Positions 1-9,930 of a stretch of 64,000 bases of DNA are shown here, one piece after another. The first letter of the stretch is position 1, and each line of letters starts with the position of its first letter. The position numbers and the translations under genes are program-made. The notes beneath the pieces are model-generated. The model was not told the origin of the DNA, made no database searches, and was given only the letters and a program-made list of their open reading frames with translations. Origin of the DNA: Nitrososphaeria archaeon (GTDB lineage: Archaea > Thermoproteota > Nitrososphaeria > JACIWG01); contig CAVVXT010000012.1 of NCBI GenBank assembly GCA_963752255.1, positions 96,001-160,000 of the forward strand, read 5' to 3'.

Positions 1-473
1 CCGGTGCATCAAAGATCATTTCAACAGATCTTAAAGAATATAGGCTGGGTCTTTCCAAAAATATTGGAGTTACTGAAGCAATCAACGTAGCAACTGTTGA
101 CCCCGTCAAAAGAGTGAAAGAGCTGACAGGAGGGGAGGGAGCGAGTGTTGTCATCGAAATCTCTGGTTCAAACGTTGCTATAAAACAAGCCCTTGAGATG
201 GCGTCGCTTACGGGAAGGGTGGTACTTGTTGGAACAGCCCAGAAACCTACGGACATTGATACGACAAATATGCTGATTTACAAGGAGATAGATCTGTCGG
301 GGATCACAGGTCGATTAATGTTCGACACATGGTATAGGGCAATCGAAATAGTATCAAACAGGTTAATTGATCTGCACCCTATTATAACTCATAAGCTATC
401 CCTTGATGATGCTGAAAAAGCCTTTAATCTATCTGATAAGGGTGAAGCTGGTAAAGTTCTGTTTATACCTTAG
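1..473 (+). CDS. tdh: Zn-dependent alcohol dehydrogenase, L-threonine 3-dehydrogenase-like (5'-partial)
   Basis: Frame open from the window edge (GASKIISTD...). C-terminal GITGRLMFDTW, PIITHKL and GKVLF motifs are typical of Tdh. Confidence 0.7.
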   Translation, partial: GASKIISTDLKEYRLGLSKNIGVTEAINVATVDPVKRVKELTGGEGASVVIEISGSNVAIKQALEMASLTGRVVLVGTAQKPTDIDTTNMLIYKEIDLSGITGRLMFDTWYRAIEIVSNRLIDLHPIITHKLSLDDAEKAFNLSDKGEAGKVLFIP

Positions 474-514
474 GTAGTTCCTTGAACATTCTGCTGTGGA
501 ACCTGTTGCATGTC

Positions 515-1975
515 CTATACGCTATAATCTTCATCTATATCCTCAACTTGTGTAGGTTGAGATTTCGGGGTTCTCTTTATGAAGGCATAATATGATTTGA
601 GGGCATCTTTAAAAGTCCATGGTTCAGTGAGATAGTATATGAATGCTGCTGCCAAAACATAGACCATAGGTGACAGCGTGATTACATAGAAGCTGTACTG
701 GGTCTTATTGCCGAGGAAGTACACCCCAACATATCCTAAGAATCCTGCGAGGAACCACAGCGTTGGGACCAAGTATTTTTTATTTACTTTAAAGTAGATG
801 TATGGAATAAACACCAGCATTACTAAGGCTATGATATAAATTGCAGGGTCGACTTTTGCTATAACATCCGGTTTGAAGTTAAGAGCAAATGGGTTCTGAT
901 TATAGAACCACCCCCAAGGAGTGGAAACAGGTGGACCTGTGGGCCTATTTGTAATATGCCATTTTAATCCACCTTCAACTTGGCTGACCCAGTTTTGTAC
1001 ACCGTAATGTATGATAAGAGGAATGTTGACGGAAATCCATATAACTGGAGAGACGATCAGCGGGTATACGAAAGATTTTATAACATTGAACCTAATGACT
1101 AGCATGTAGATAAGAAGTGCTACGACTGGAAAGACGCCAGTTAGTTTAGCTGAAGCTGAAAGACCTAACGATACCGCTGAGAGGAAATAATTATTCCTTA
1201 ACGCCAACCACGCCGATAATGTTAGAAAGAAGGCTGCGTAAATGTCCAACATAGCTACAGAGGACATGGCCATGAAAATTGAATCAACGAAGGCGAAGAG
1301 GAACACCAAAAAGACGATAAAGTAGTTGTTTGTGAGTTCAGTTACTATCAGGCATATGAGAACCAGTATGAGTGTTCCCAATATTATGCTAGGAATTCTC
1401 CACGAAATAGGTTTATCTCCTAAGAGCAACATAGAAAAGCCAATGATAAACTTTGCAATGGGAGGATGTTCTGTGTTCATATAGTTTTCAATCCCACTAA
1501 TATCGGGATACTTATAACCCGCTTGAATAAGCTCAATTCCTTGAATACTGTCTTTTATGGCCTGCTCGTTCAGTGGCTTCTGCGTCATTACTGTGACACA
1601 GTATGTATTGTTGTACGTGGTGGGCAATATGTATCCTCCGTACTGGGCGTTGAGAGTATCGTTAAGACTTGGTATCATATCGTCACGAACACTAGCAGTA
1701 TAGAAGAATATCGAGTAATGGTAATAGCCATCAGGTGAAATATAAGATGGCTGTACGTTGAACAATTCTCTTAGAATATTCCTTGATGAACTGGCGTACC
1801 AGCATTCGTCAGATACGTATCCTAGAGTGCCCTGCATGTTATTTGCAAGCGTGAAAGATTCATATGCAAAGGCTATTGTTAGAATAATCATCAACACAAT
1901 CAGCATCTTTCGAGCCCTCTTAGATGAGAGCTTATCAATCTTAGATGAGAGCTTATCGAATATGTCCAAATGCAT
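515..1975 (-). CDS. Dolichyl-phosphate-mannose-protein mannosyltransferase (PMT/GT39-like)
   Basis: Multi-TM protein with SDECWY, EHPPIAK, WRIP and MLDIY GT-C motifs. Confidence 0.8.
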   Translation of the reverse strand: MHLDIFDKLSSKIDKLSSKRARKMLIVLMIILTIAFAYESFTLANNMQGTLGYVSDECWYASSSRNILRELFNVQPSYISPDGYYHYSIFFYTASVRDDMIPSLNDTLNAQYGGYILPTTYNNTYCVTVMTQKPLNEQAIKDSIQGIELIQAGYKYPDISGIENYMNTEHPPIAKFIIGFSMLLLGDKPISWRIPSIILGTLILVLICLIVTELTNNYFIVFLVFLFAFVDSIFMAMSSVAMLDIYAAFFLTLSAWLALRNNYFLSAVSLGLSASAKLTGVFPVVALLIYMLVIRFNVIKSFVYPLIVSPVIWISVNIPLIIHYGVQNWVSQVEGGLKWHITNRPTGPPVSTPWGWFYNQNPFALNFKPDVIAKVDPAIYIIALVMLVFIPYIYFKVNKKYLVPTLWFLAGFLGYVGVYFLGNKTQYSFYVITLSPMVYVLAAAFIYYLTEPWTFKDALKSYYAFIKRTPKSQPTQVEDIDEDYSV

Positions 1976-1982
1976 AGTTAAC

Positions 1983-3029
1983 CTACCTCCAAATCACCAT
2001 CTCACTAAAGAAGTAATTCGCTGCAAAACCGAGTAGGATACCAACCCCATCAGCGACCATATAGTTTATTGCTAGATATAAAAGGAGAGCATATACGACG
2101 TAGTTAATAAGAGGACCTAATGCGGAAACATGACATTTTATAAGCCTGTACAAGAACCGCCCACTTCTCCTGTCCTTAAAAGTCCAAAAATCGTTTAATA
2201 AAAAGTTACTGAGGATAGAAGCCTCAATTGATAGAACACCCGCTAAGAGACCTGAAAGATTGACGGCCGAAACAAACAGCCAGAGCACACCTAAGTTAAC
2301 GAAAACCCCTGAAACACCAACTGCTACAAATTTGAATGTTCTAAAGTCAGAAAGCGTAACCAGCTGTTTTATGTAATCGAGAATTTCGTTTGTATTCATC
2401 TTGCTCTCTCCGGTCAACCGAGGTTTAAACGTGTATGGGATTTCAGCCACCGTGTTGTATTTGCCTTTAACAAGTATTTCTATCAAAAGTTTGAACCCTC
2501 TAGTATTAAGTCCAACGTTTTCGATGACGTTCTTTCTAAAGATAAAATAACCTGACTGTGTATCTTTTACATTTCTAGTCTTCTTTAAAAGCAGATGCGA
2601 AAGCCATAGTGCACCTTTAGATACGATTCTTCTAACAAATGACCAGCCCTCGATCCCTCCACCTTCGATGTATCTTGAGGCAATCACTATATCAGTACCG
2701 CTTTCTGCTTTCACAAACATGCTTCTCAAGAGCTCTGGAGGATGCTGGAGATCCGCGTCAATAACGCTTACAAAGTCACCTTCGGACACCCTAACACCGT
2801 CTAAAATAGCCGTTCCAAGACCCATCTTACGTTCCCTATGTACAACCTTAACTTTTTGATGCCTTGAAGCTATTTGGTCCGCAAGCTTCCCAGTGCCATC
2901 GGGGCTGTTATCGTCCACTATAATTAACTCGAAGTCCAACCCATCTAGTGAAGCAAAAACCTTACTTACGAGGTTCTCGAGGCTCTCCTTTTCATTATAT
3001 GTTGGCACTATTATAGAAAGCTTACTCAC
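1983..3029 (-). CDS. Polyprenol-phosphate mannosyltransferase (GT2) with C-terminal GtrA domain
   Basis: IVPTYNE, VDDNSPDGT, DADLQHPPE and D-x-QSG motifs, plus a hydrophobic GtrA-like tail. Confidence 0.88.
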   Translation of the reverse strand: MSKLSIIVPTYNEKESLENLVSKVFASLDGLDFELIIVDDNSPDGTGKLADQIASRHQKVKVVHRERKMGLGTAILDGVRVSEGDFVSVIDADLQHPPELLRSMFVKAESGTDIVIASRYIEGGGIEGWSFVRRIVSKGALWLSHLLLKKTRNVKDTQSGYFIFRKNVIENVGLNTRGFKLLIEILVKGKYNTVAEIPYTFKPRLTGESKMNTNEILDYIKQLVTLSDFRTFKFVAVGVSGVFVNLGVLWLFVSAVNLSGLLAGVLSIEASILSNFLLNDFWTFKDRRSGRFLYRLIKCHVSALGPLINYVVYALLLYLAINYMVADGVGILLGFAANYFFSEMVIWR

Positions 3030-3268
3030 GCTTTTTAAGGGAGGCTTTTTGACGAATATAAAAGTTTAATTGCTAATGTAATAGTTAATATTTATTTAAA
3101 AACTTAGAGATTTATTTACAGAATTTTGACACCAATTCTATGGAACCAGATCATTAATATAGCAGTGGACGTACGGAACCTAATCAAGGTCCTACTGAAA
3201 CATGAAATAAGCGGGTTCTATGTCCACATGTAAGCTATCTTTAGTAGAAGGTCGCATTCCGCTCTTTT

Positions 3269-3583
3269 TCAATTTAGCTCCTTTAGCTCAAAAGTGAACC
3301 TTGCCCCTTGAAATTCGCCTGTGCCAACTCTTTCCCACTTAATGTCAAACGATTTTTTTGTCTTCAGTGATATTACTTGAGCGTGGGTTGGCATCTTATT
3401 AAACATCGATTCAACTTTAGTATGGTCTCTTGTAAAAAGTAGACTCCTTCTTCTTTTCATTAGATACTTTATCAAAGCTTTATGTGGCTCATATCCCTCG
3501 ACTTCAACCTTTTCTATGCCAAAATCTAACACAAAATGCCTTTTCCCTTTGGAAGGTTCTTTTTCTGGTTCAAAAGCACTCAA
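3269..3583 (-). CDS. Hypothetical protein
   Basis: 104-aa ORF with plausible composition and a GAGGT SD-like motif upstream. Confidence 0.65.
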   Translation of the reverse strand: MSAFEPEKEPSKGKRHFVLDFGIEKVEVEGYEPHKALIKYLMKRRRSLLFTRDHTKVESMFNKMPTHAQVISLKTKKSFDIKWERVGTGEFQGARFTFELKELN

Positions 3584-3664
3584 ATCACTTACCTCAGATA
3601 ACCTATCCTAATCTGGAATATATTTTTTACTTGTTAAAAGCTACTCTTCTTGGAAGCTTATATA

Positions 3665-3853
3665 TCACAAGTAGACATAAGTAAGAGAGCAATTAAGAAA
3701 GAGGTTGAACCAATAAAGAAGTCTCGCCAACGTTATAACCAGACCACTTATGAGAACGTCTATAGAAAGAATATCATGAAGGTAAAGTGGGACCAGAGTG
3801 GTAGAGAGGATGAAGCCAAAGTTAAGTAGGCCTGCTGTAAAAAAATAAGACAA
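3665..3853 (-). pseudogene. Possible truncated MFS transporter N-terminus
   Basis: Two TM segments with an MFS-like 'LVPLYLHDIL...SGLVIT' pattern, then an early stop. Confidence 0.35.
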
Positions 3854-3885
3854 GCGTTATAAATAGCTAGATAGGTTAAGCATAT

Positions 3886-4593
3886 ATGGAATACCCCCTT
3901 ATCAGCTTTATAATTCCTGCACTTAATGAGGAAAACTATATCGGCTTGACTTTGGCTTCAATACAAAAACAGGATTACAAGGGGAATTTTGAGATAGTTG
4001 TAGCAGATGGCATGAGTAAGGACCGCACGATTGATGTGTCAAAGAAATATACTGAAAGAATAGTAACCGTTAACCGTAAAGGAGTGTCCGCTGGAAGGAA
4101 TGAAGGAGCGAAGGCGGCCAAGGGGGGCATATACGTCTTCCTCGACGCAGACACCATCGCATGCCGGAACCTCTTAACCAACATCGCCAAGCATTTTAAT
4201 AATAAGCAAGTTCTTGCTGGCACACCTAGGATACTTACAACCGAATACGGTAAGAATTTCATATTATATACTGCAGCAAATGAGATTGGAATAAGTACAT
4301 TATTCAAAATAAAGAGACCAATATTACCTGCTGTTTGCATGGCTTGCAGGAAAGAAGCTTTTTGGCAGGTTGGAGGATACAATGAAGAACTTAAAGTTGC
4401 TGAAGATGTGGAGTTCTCTTCGAAGATTAGAAAATTACACGGCAAATTCGTTTACATGCGAAACGCGTACGTTTATACTTCACCTCGAAGGTTAAATAGT
4501 TGGGGTGTAGTTAAGCAACTGAGGGCCTGGCCCTTCGGATACATCTACATCAGATTAAGGAATAAGCAGCCAAGGTATGAACCGATAAGATGA
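3886..4593 (+). CDS. Glycosyltransferase family 2
   Basis: IIPALNEE, DGMSKDRT, FLDAD, AEDVEF and TSPRR motifs. Confidence 0.9.
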   Translation: MEYPLISFIIPALNEENYIGLTLASIQKQDYKGNFEIVVADGMSKDRTIDVSKKYTERIVTVNRKGVSAGRNEGAKAAKGGIYVFLDADTIACRNLLTNIAKHFNNKQVLAGTPRILTTEYGKNFILYTAANEIGISTLFKIKRPILPAVCMACRKEAFWQVGGYNEELKVAEDVEFSSKIRKLHGKFVYMRNAYVYTSPRRLNSWGVVKQLRAWPFGYIYIRLRNKQPRYEPIR

Positions 4594-4794
4594 GAAAGTT
4601 CTATTTTAAGATTAATTGTGCGTCTGATTACATACTCAATGAAAACCTAACGATTTCAGCCAAATAACTAACGTATCAACCACCTATGGAATATGACCTT
4701 CTTTTAAGGTCTAAGAGACATTTATTTCCATTAAATGATAAAGATAAAGTTGAACAGCTTTGATTAACAAGCTTTTCTCATGATAAATGGAGTC

Positions 4795-5035
4795 TTCTAT
4801 TTTAAAGCCAGGGCTTCTCCTCTTTCCACATTTTTAATAAATACTGGACCGCCCAGTGGGTTCGTTAATGAAGGGCTTTTATTTCAAAGGTTAACCATCG
4901 GATCCTTTATTGGAAGATCACTTAATTTTCTGACTTGGCTGCATGTTGCATTTCAAGTCTTACAAAATCTTCTCCTGGCTCAAGAAATCGGGTTAGGGAT
5001 ACGGTAGTCAAAAAGATAGTTTATGACATCCTTGT
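4795..5035 (-). pseudogene. Decayed acetamidase/formamidase-family gene fragment
   Basis: Minus-strand fragments EPGEDFVRLE and TNPLGGPVFIKNVERGEALALK lie in different frames with stops. Confidence 0.5.
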
Positions 5036-5512
5036 GAAAAAATCGTTTCAATAATAAATCAACATATTAAATTATTATCTTGGATTTTAATTATATTTTA
5101 TTATATCAAGTAGCTGAGCCTATTCCACTTAACCCGAATTTATTTTGGACCGTAAACAAGTAAGCAATTTCTTTTAAAATTCAACCTTATTATTAATATT
5201 TCTAACCCCAACGAGCTTTGTCATTTAAGAAAGATTTTGTAAACGAGCAGCAAGAATCCTTTGACTTTAAAACTCTAACTTGCAGCTCATGAATCGATCT
5301 AATTTATTGAAGTGGAACGAACATACTTTGCCCTCAATCTTCGTTAAAACTATAATATAATCTGATCTTTTAGCGCTATCAAAGATGTTTTTCGAATTAA
5401 AAGGATGCAGGGTTATCCAAGCTCTCTGATTCTAATTGAACTTGGAAAAAGCGTTATAGGGATGGAGAAAAATAAATAAGACAGTAGAACAGTTTTCCCG
5501 AAAGTGTGCTGA

Positions 5513-7648
5513 TTGATGGCTGAAGAGCAACATATTATTATGAAAGTCGAAGACTTGTCTTCCACTATATTAAGCTTAGATCACGTGGACCATGTTATTC
5601 AAACAGCTTTTAAGGGTCACGTGAAGCTTGCTTCAGATCATATTTTAAACAGAGGGATGATAGGATGTCTTGAAAAAACCGTTGGAAGCATAACGCGAAA
5701 GTTGAATTTAAAATTCTATGAAAGTAGATACCTTCCCTTACAGGAATCGATTATCGTTCGGACCAAATCTTATGCTACACTTTTAAATATAGCATTAAAT
5801 TTTTTTGGTTTTGAGCGTGTACTAATAGGGTTTTCAGAAGATGAAACAGAGAGTGCTATTAACTATGTAAGAAGAACTTTAGGTGAGTGGGAAGAATATG
5901 AAAAGAAATATTTTGCGACTACGATCGCAAAGGATGTCGTCGACGATTTTATTGCTGAAATGAAGATACCGATGTCCAAGAACTATAAACCACCCGGGTC
6001 GATGACCTCGAAGATAGGTGAAACCGTAGAAGGAAAGCTTAGGGCGGATGAGAGGATGTTGAGCTTTCTGGAGGCGGTAAAAGAAGAAGTTCAAGAAAAT
6101 ATATACTATCGCTTAAGTGTTAAGAAGAACAGGTTCGGCAACGATTATGCTCTTGGTTTGAGGTGGCTGAGGCATTTGGGTTACGTTCAGGTTTCAACAA
6201 ACCCAGTTCTAGCCGCCGCAGCATATGTAGATGATCCCTCTCTATGGGATGGCTTTAAAGGTGAAAGCTTCTGCCAGGATTTCAAAACGGTAGCAAAGGA
6301 GAACAGAAAATGGTTAGATGAACCAGAAGCGTTCGCCGACGAAATTGCAATGAAGGCCACCGAGATATCCGTCTTTCCTAACCTAGGCAGTGTTCAGGCC
6401 TATCGCTATATCCTCAAACTTTGTAAACGGCATGGTTAGCTATCAGCTCAGCCCGAATGTTAGTGGAAGCAGTGAAGAGAGTATTAAGGACGCTTTACAG
6501 ATATATTCTGATGCCTCTAATTTTCTCAGAAAATATGACGAATATCTTCTGTGGGGATATAATGATTTCGACATTGAAAAGATGCGACCAAATATTGTGT
6601 TCAAGGTCGCAGGAAACAATTCTTCTTCTATTGATACAACACACGATTTAGAGAGTTTGGGAATAGGCACGAACAACACCGAAACTTATACTGTCTCGCA
6701 GGAGACAACTCTAATAATTTCTAAAATAGAGGGTAGAGCGAAAGCTGTCAAAAAAGGGATTCATGTCGGAACATCTTATGAAACTACTATGTGTGGACGA
6801 CTCAACGACTATTTGCGTGAAAAGCAGGCTAAAATAATGTTGGAAATGATTTATAACAAGAACAAAGACCTTTCTGCTATAACATTACTAGCCAAAGATC
6901 TTGGTGTACAGGATGCAGGTGCTCTGTCTATCGAAAAGCTATTCGAGATATCTAGCGATCGTAGTTATCTTAGCTCATTAACGATTAAACCTTTCGTAAA
7001 ACTTGTTATGGACGCAGATATGTTCGGAGGAACGAAGGAAGAAGTGCAGGCATACTTATCAAGGTTGGAAGACGATATCTGTAAATGTGGAATAGCCGTT
7101 ACGCAAAGGATTTATGAAGTCTTCTTTGTTCCGGAGAATAGGTCTAAATGGCTGAATCATATCAGAGCCAGATTCGAGCTGAATGAAGAGCAGGCGGAGG
7201 AAGTTATAGCGTTCATAGACATGCTTCCCGCTTCGAAGAGAAAACCTGAGAGACATTTTTGACCCTCGCATCAAGTAACATGACTAATACAGAATTTCCG
7301 AACCATCAGACAAACGTCTTGAACGAGAGTAGGAAACCAAGTTTCAATTTAGAAGAATATCTGGATGCTGTTGTGAACAAGGTAGTTGGAGCTGAAACAA
7401 TGCAAAGACTTTCTGAAGAATATGACATAAGGGATGAATGCAGAAAAGCTTTACAACTTACACCTGCTATTTTAGGAAAGCTGAAAGATGTTGGGGTAAA
7501 CGTGAAATTCGGAGAACATGGACTGACACCTGAGGAATGGCCTAATTTTGGGGCTGTAATAAAAACTAAGAGCGAATTCGCAAAAGCTTATAATAATTTC
7601 AGGCAAGAAGCGGTTAGCTTTGTCAAAAAAACAAAAAACAGTTTATAG
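5513..7648 (+). CDS. Transaldolase-family protein with long N-terminal extension (two frameshifts, ~6386 and ~7250)
   Basis: GNDY, STNP, VSYQLSP, RPNIVFK (Schiff-base Lys) and NNTETYTVSQ motifs are spread over three overlapping ORFs. Confidence 0.75.
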
Positions 7649-7708
7649 CAAATAAATTGATTGACAGCAATAAAAAAAGTGGGAAGAACAGTATCTTTAA
7701 AAGGAAAT

Positions 7709-8713
7709 CTATCTGATAGGATTGTCCTTTATCTTTTGAACCAGCAAGATGTCATAATTTGAGTTTAGGTATTCGTCTAGTTGTTCAAGCGCGTCAAATT
7801 CTTCCTTGGTTTTTTGGGCGGAGCTTTCAAAATTATAAAATCTGCCACAGATTTTGCATTCCGTCTTAGTTAAAAGAACTATGTTACCTTTAATCCTGTT
7901 AAGCATTATATCCGATCTTATTAACTTGAGAGATGCACCACACCCACATCTTTGTCGAAGAGCGTTTTTTAACGCCTTCCTTCTCTCGTGAGCACCGCGC
8001 TCAGTAGATCTTAACAGCTCACTTCTATAAGCCCTGTATTGGGGGTCATCCGATATTGTCGGAAATGATTGTTCGAGGTTATCTAGTGTTGTCATAATGT
8101 TATATGTGTCATCCTCATAGATTTTCGGTTTCAATAGATCGTCGGTTTGGAATTTCTGAATTGCCCACGCAGGAACATCATAGTCTAGAAGTTTCTCGAA
8201 ATAGGTTAAGAGCTCCCACAGGGCGCGCCCTACGTCTTTTTCAGCTCTACCCTTTAGTTTTGAGGTTGGCGGAAGGTTGACTGCGATGTCGCACAATAAA
8301 ACGTTGAAAATGTGATCAAGGAAGTCTTCTCTTCCACTATAAAAGCTGCACCAGAATACATAGTACACGTGATCGATAAGTTTTCCGACGGACTTGACAT
8401 ATCTTTTAGAACAAAGAGAAAAATTTGGAGCGTTACGTCTACAGTTCGCATAAAAATGGTCGAATATTACTTCTGATGCTTTATTCAAATAATATTTTGA
8501 CGAGGATAAAAGTTGCTCATATAATCTTTCATCGCAATCGTGTAGATCATTTAGCCAAGAGATAAAGTAAGATGATGAATGACAAATGCTATCAACATTA
8601 GATTTTGTGGGTTTTAGTGTAAGATAATATGCTAGGCTGTTCTTCCACCTTTCACATCCTCTTATTAGCCTCTTTTGCTCATCAGACATTATTTTTTTAT
8701 CGCAAGCCAGCAA
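7709..8713 (-). CDS. Hypothetical protein with C-terminal putative Zn ribbon
   Basis: 334-aa ORF with CGCG...CKIC near the C-terminus; likely start ~8689. Confidence 0.6.
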   Translation of the reverse strand: MLACDKKIMSDEQKRLIRGCERWKNSLAYYLTLKPTKSNVDSICHSSSYFISWLNDLHDCDERLYEQLLSSSKYYLNKASEVIFDHFYANCRRNAPNFSLCSKRYVKSVGKLIDHVYYVFWCSFYSGREDFLDHIFNVLLCDIAVNLPPTSKLKGRAEKDVGRALWELLTYFEKLLDYDVPAWAIQKFQTDDLLKPKIYEDDTYNIMTTLDNLEQSFPTISDDPQYRAYRSELLRSTERGAHERRKALKNALRQRCGCGASLKLIRSDIMLNRIKGNIVLLTKTECKICGRFYNFESSAQKTKEEFDALEQLDEYLNSNYDILLVQKIKDNPIR

Positions 8714-9162
8714 CTAAGCGAGCTTTAATAAACTTTTTGAAAACAGAAATAAAAAGATATACTTTCGATCGTAAAGGATCTACATTTAGGTGGGACGGAT
8801 ACGCCCGGAATGATAAACTTGAACTATATTAGCCACCTCTGCTCAAGAGTTGGGGTTTTTGTAAAGTTATGCTTTCTAACGTAGACAAGTGTATCAGCAT
8901 AATCCCTACATACAAAGTAACCTCTGACGGAGTCGAAGAAGTCAAGGACAAGATGCTTAAGATAAAAGAGAAGATAGTGAAGTATCTAAAAACTCTCAGA
9001 TGGAGGTTGGGAGCAATAATTGGAGAGAGAATGGCCTAGCACAATGTAATTGAAGAACAAGGGTTAACCAAAGCCATAGATGAAGAATGATACAGAGATC
9101 ATACCTGGAATTAAATTAATTTATCCAACCCCAAATTTTTATGCTTTAATAAAGAGACATGT

Positions 9163-9516
9163 TTAGAATTTGGAGAGAATTCTATATTTCATAATATCCG
9201 GGTCAGTGGAAAGAGCAGCTTCAAGAGAATTTGAATTAATTAGTCCAACAAGTATATCAGGTTCGGGTCTAGTGAATGTCGCTCTAAAACCGTTTCGAGT
9301 AGTTAATTTGTTCAAAGCTATAAGAGCCTTTACCGATTCATTAAGCTCTTCTTTACTAAAGGCGACAGGCCTCCCCAAAGTATGCCTAAAAGAATTAAGT
9401 TCCGACGATAATTCGCTGAACCAGAGATTTCCTAATTGTAAGCTGAGGACTCTAACTACATCACTCATAAGAAGCTCTTTATTATCTTTAGGCGCATTTA
9501 AAAAGGAAAAAGACAT
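9163..9516 (-). CDS. Hypothetical protein
   Basis: 117-aa ORF with ATG start and a TTTATA box upstream. Confidence 0.6.
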   Translation of the reverse strand: MSFSFLNAPKDNKELLMSDVVRVLSLQLGNLWFSELSSELNSFRHTLGRPVAFSKEELNESVKALIALNKLTTRNGFRATFTRPEPDILVGLINSNSLEAALSTDPDIMKYRILSKF

Positions 9517-9930
9517 AACGATACATACAAAGAAAGTGTTCTATAAACTTTAGGAAAAAATCGTATTCGATAAAGGTATTCATACTCGATTAATTAATGC
9601 TCTTTGATTATATTGAAATAAAAACCATCGTTAAAACTAATTCTGTTACCGATGTACTAATGTGACCATTGTAAACTGTTAAAAAAAATGGTGCATAGTT
9701 CAAACTGATATCGCAGAGGAACTCTATCAAATGCGTTTAAGGCTACCAATTGATCCCTTCTAGAATAACATCAAACTCCTTCTTAAGCTTGAACATACTA
9801 TAGAATCCAACTTTCATCTACTTTAGACTAAATTCGCATATCAAATCAAATGGGGAAGTTTCCAACAAAAAACGTGAGTTCAGGGTTTGGTCAGGCGTCT
9901 GCACTCTATAATCTTTGGAAATATACCGGA

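Noticed and set aside
3190-3212. Hammerhead ribozyme core (CTGA...GAAA)
   Set aside because: It lacks CUGANGA and stem II.
4845-4865. tRNA 3'-end/att fragment on the minus strand
   Set aside because: There is no proper T-arm; the sequence is better explained as the NPLGGP codons of the acetamidase remnant.
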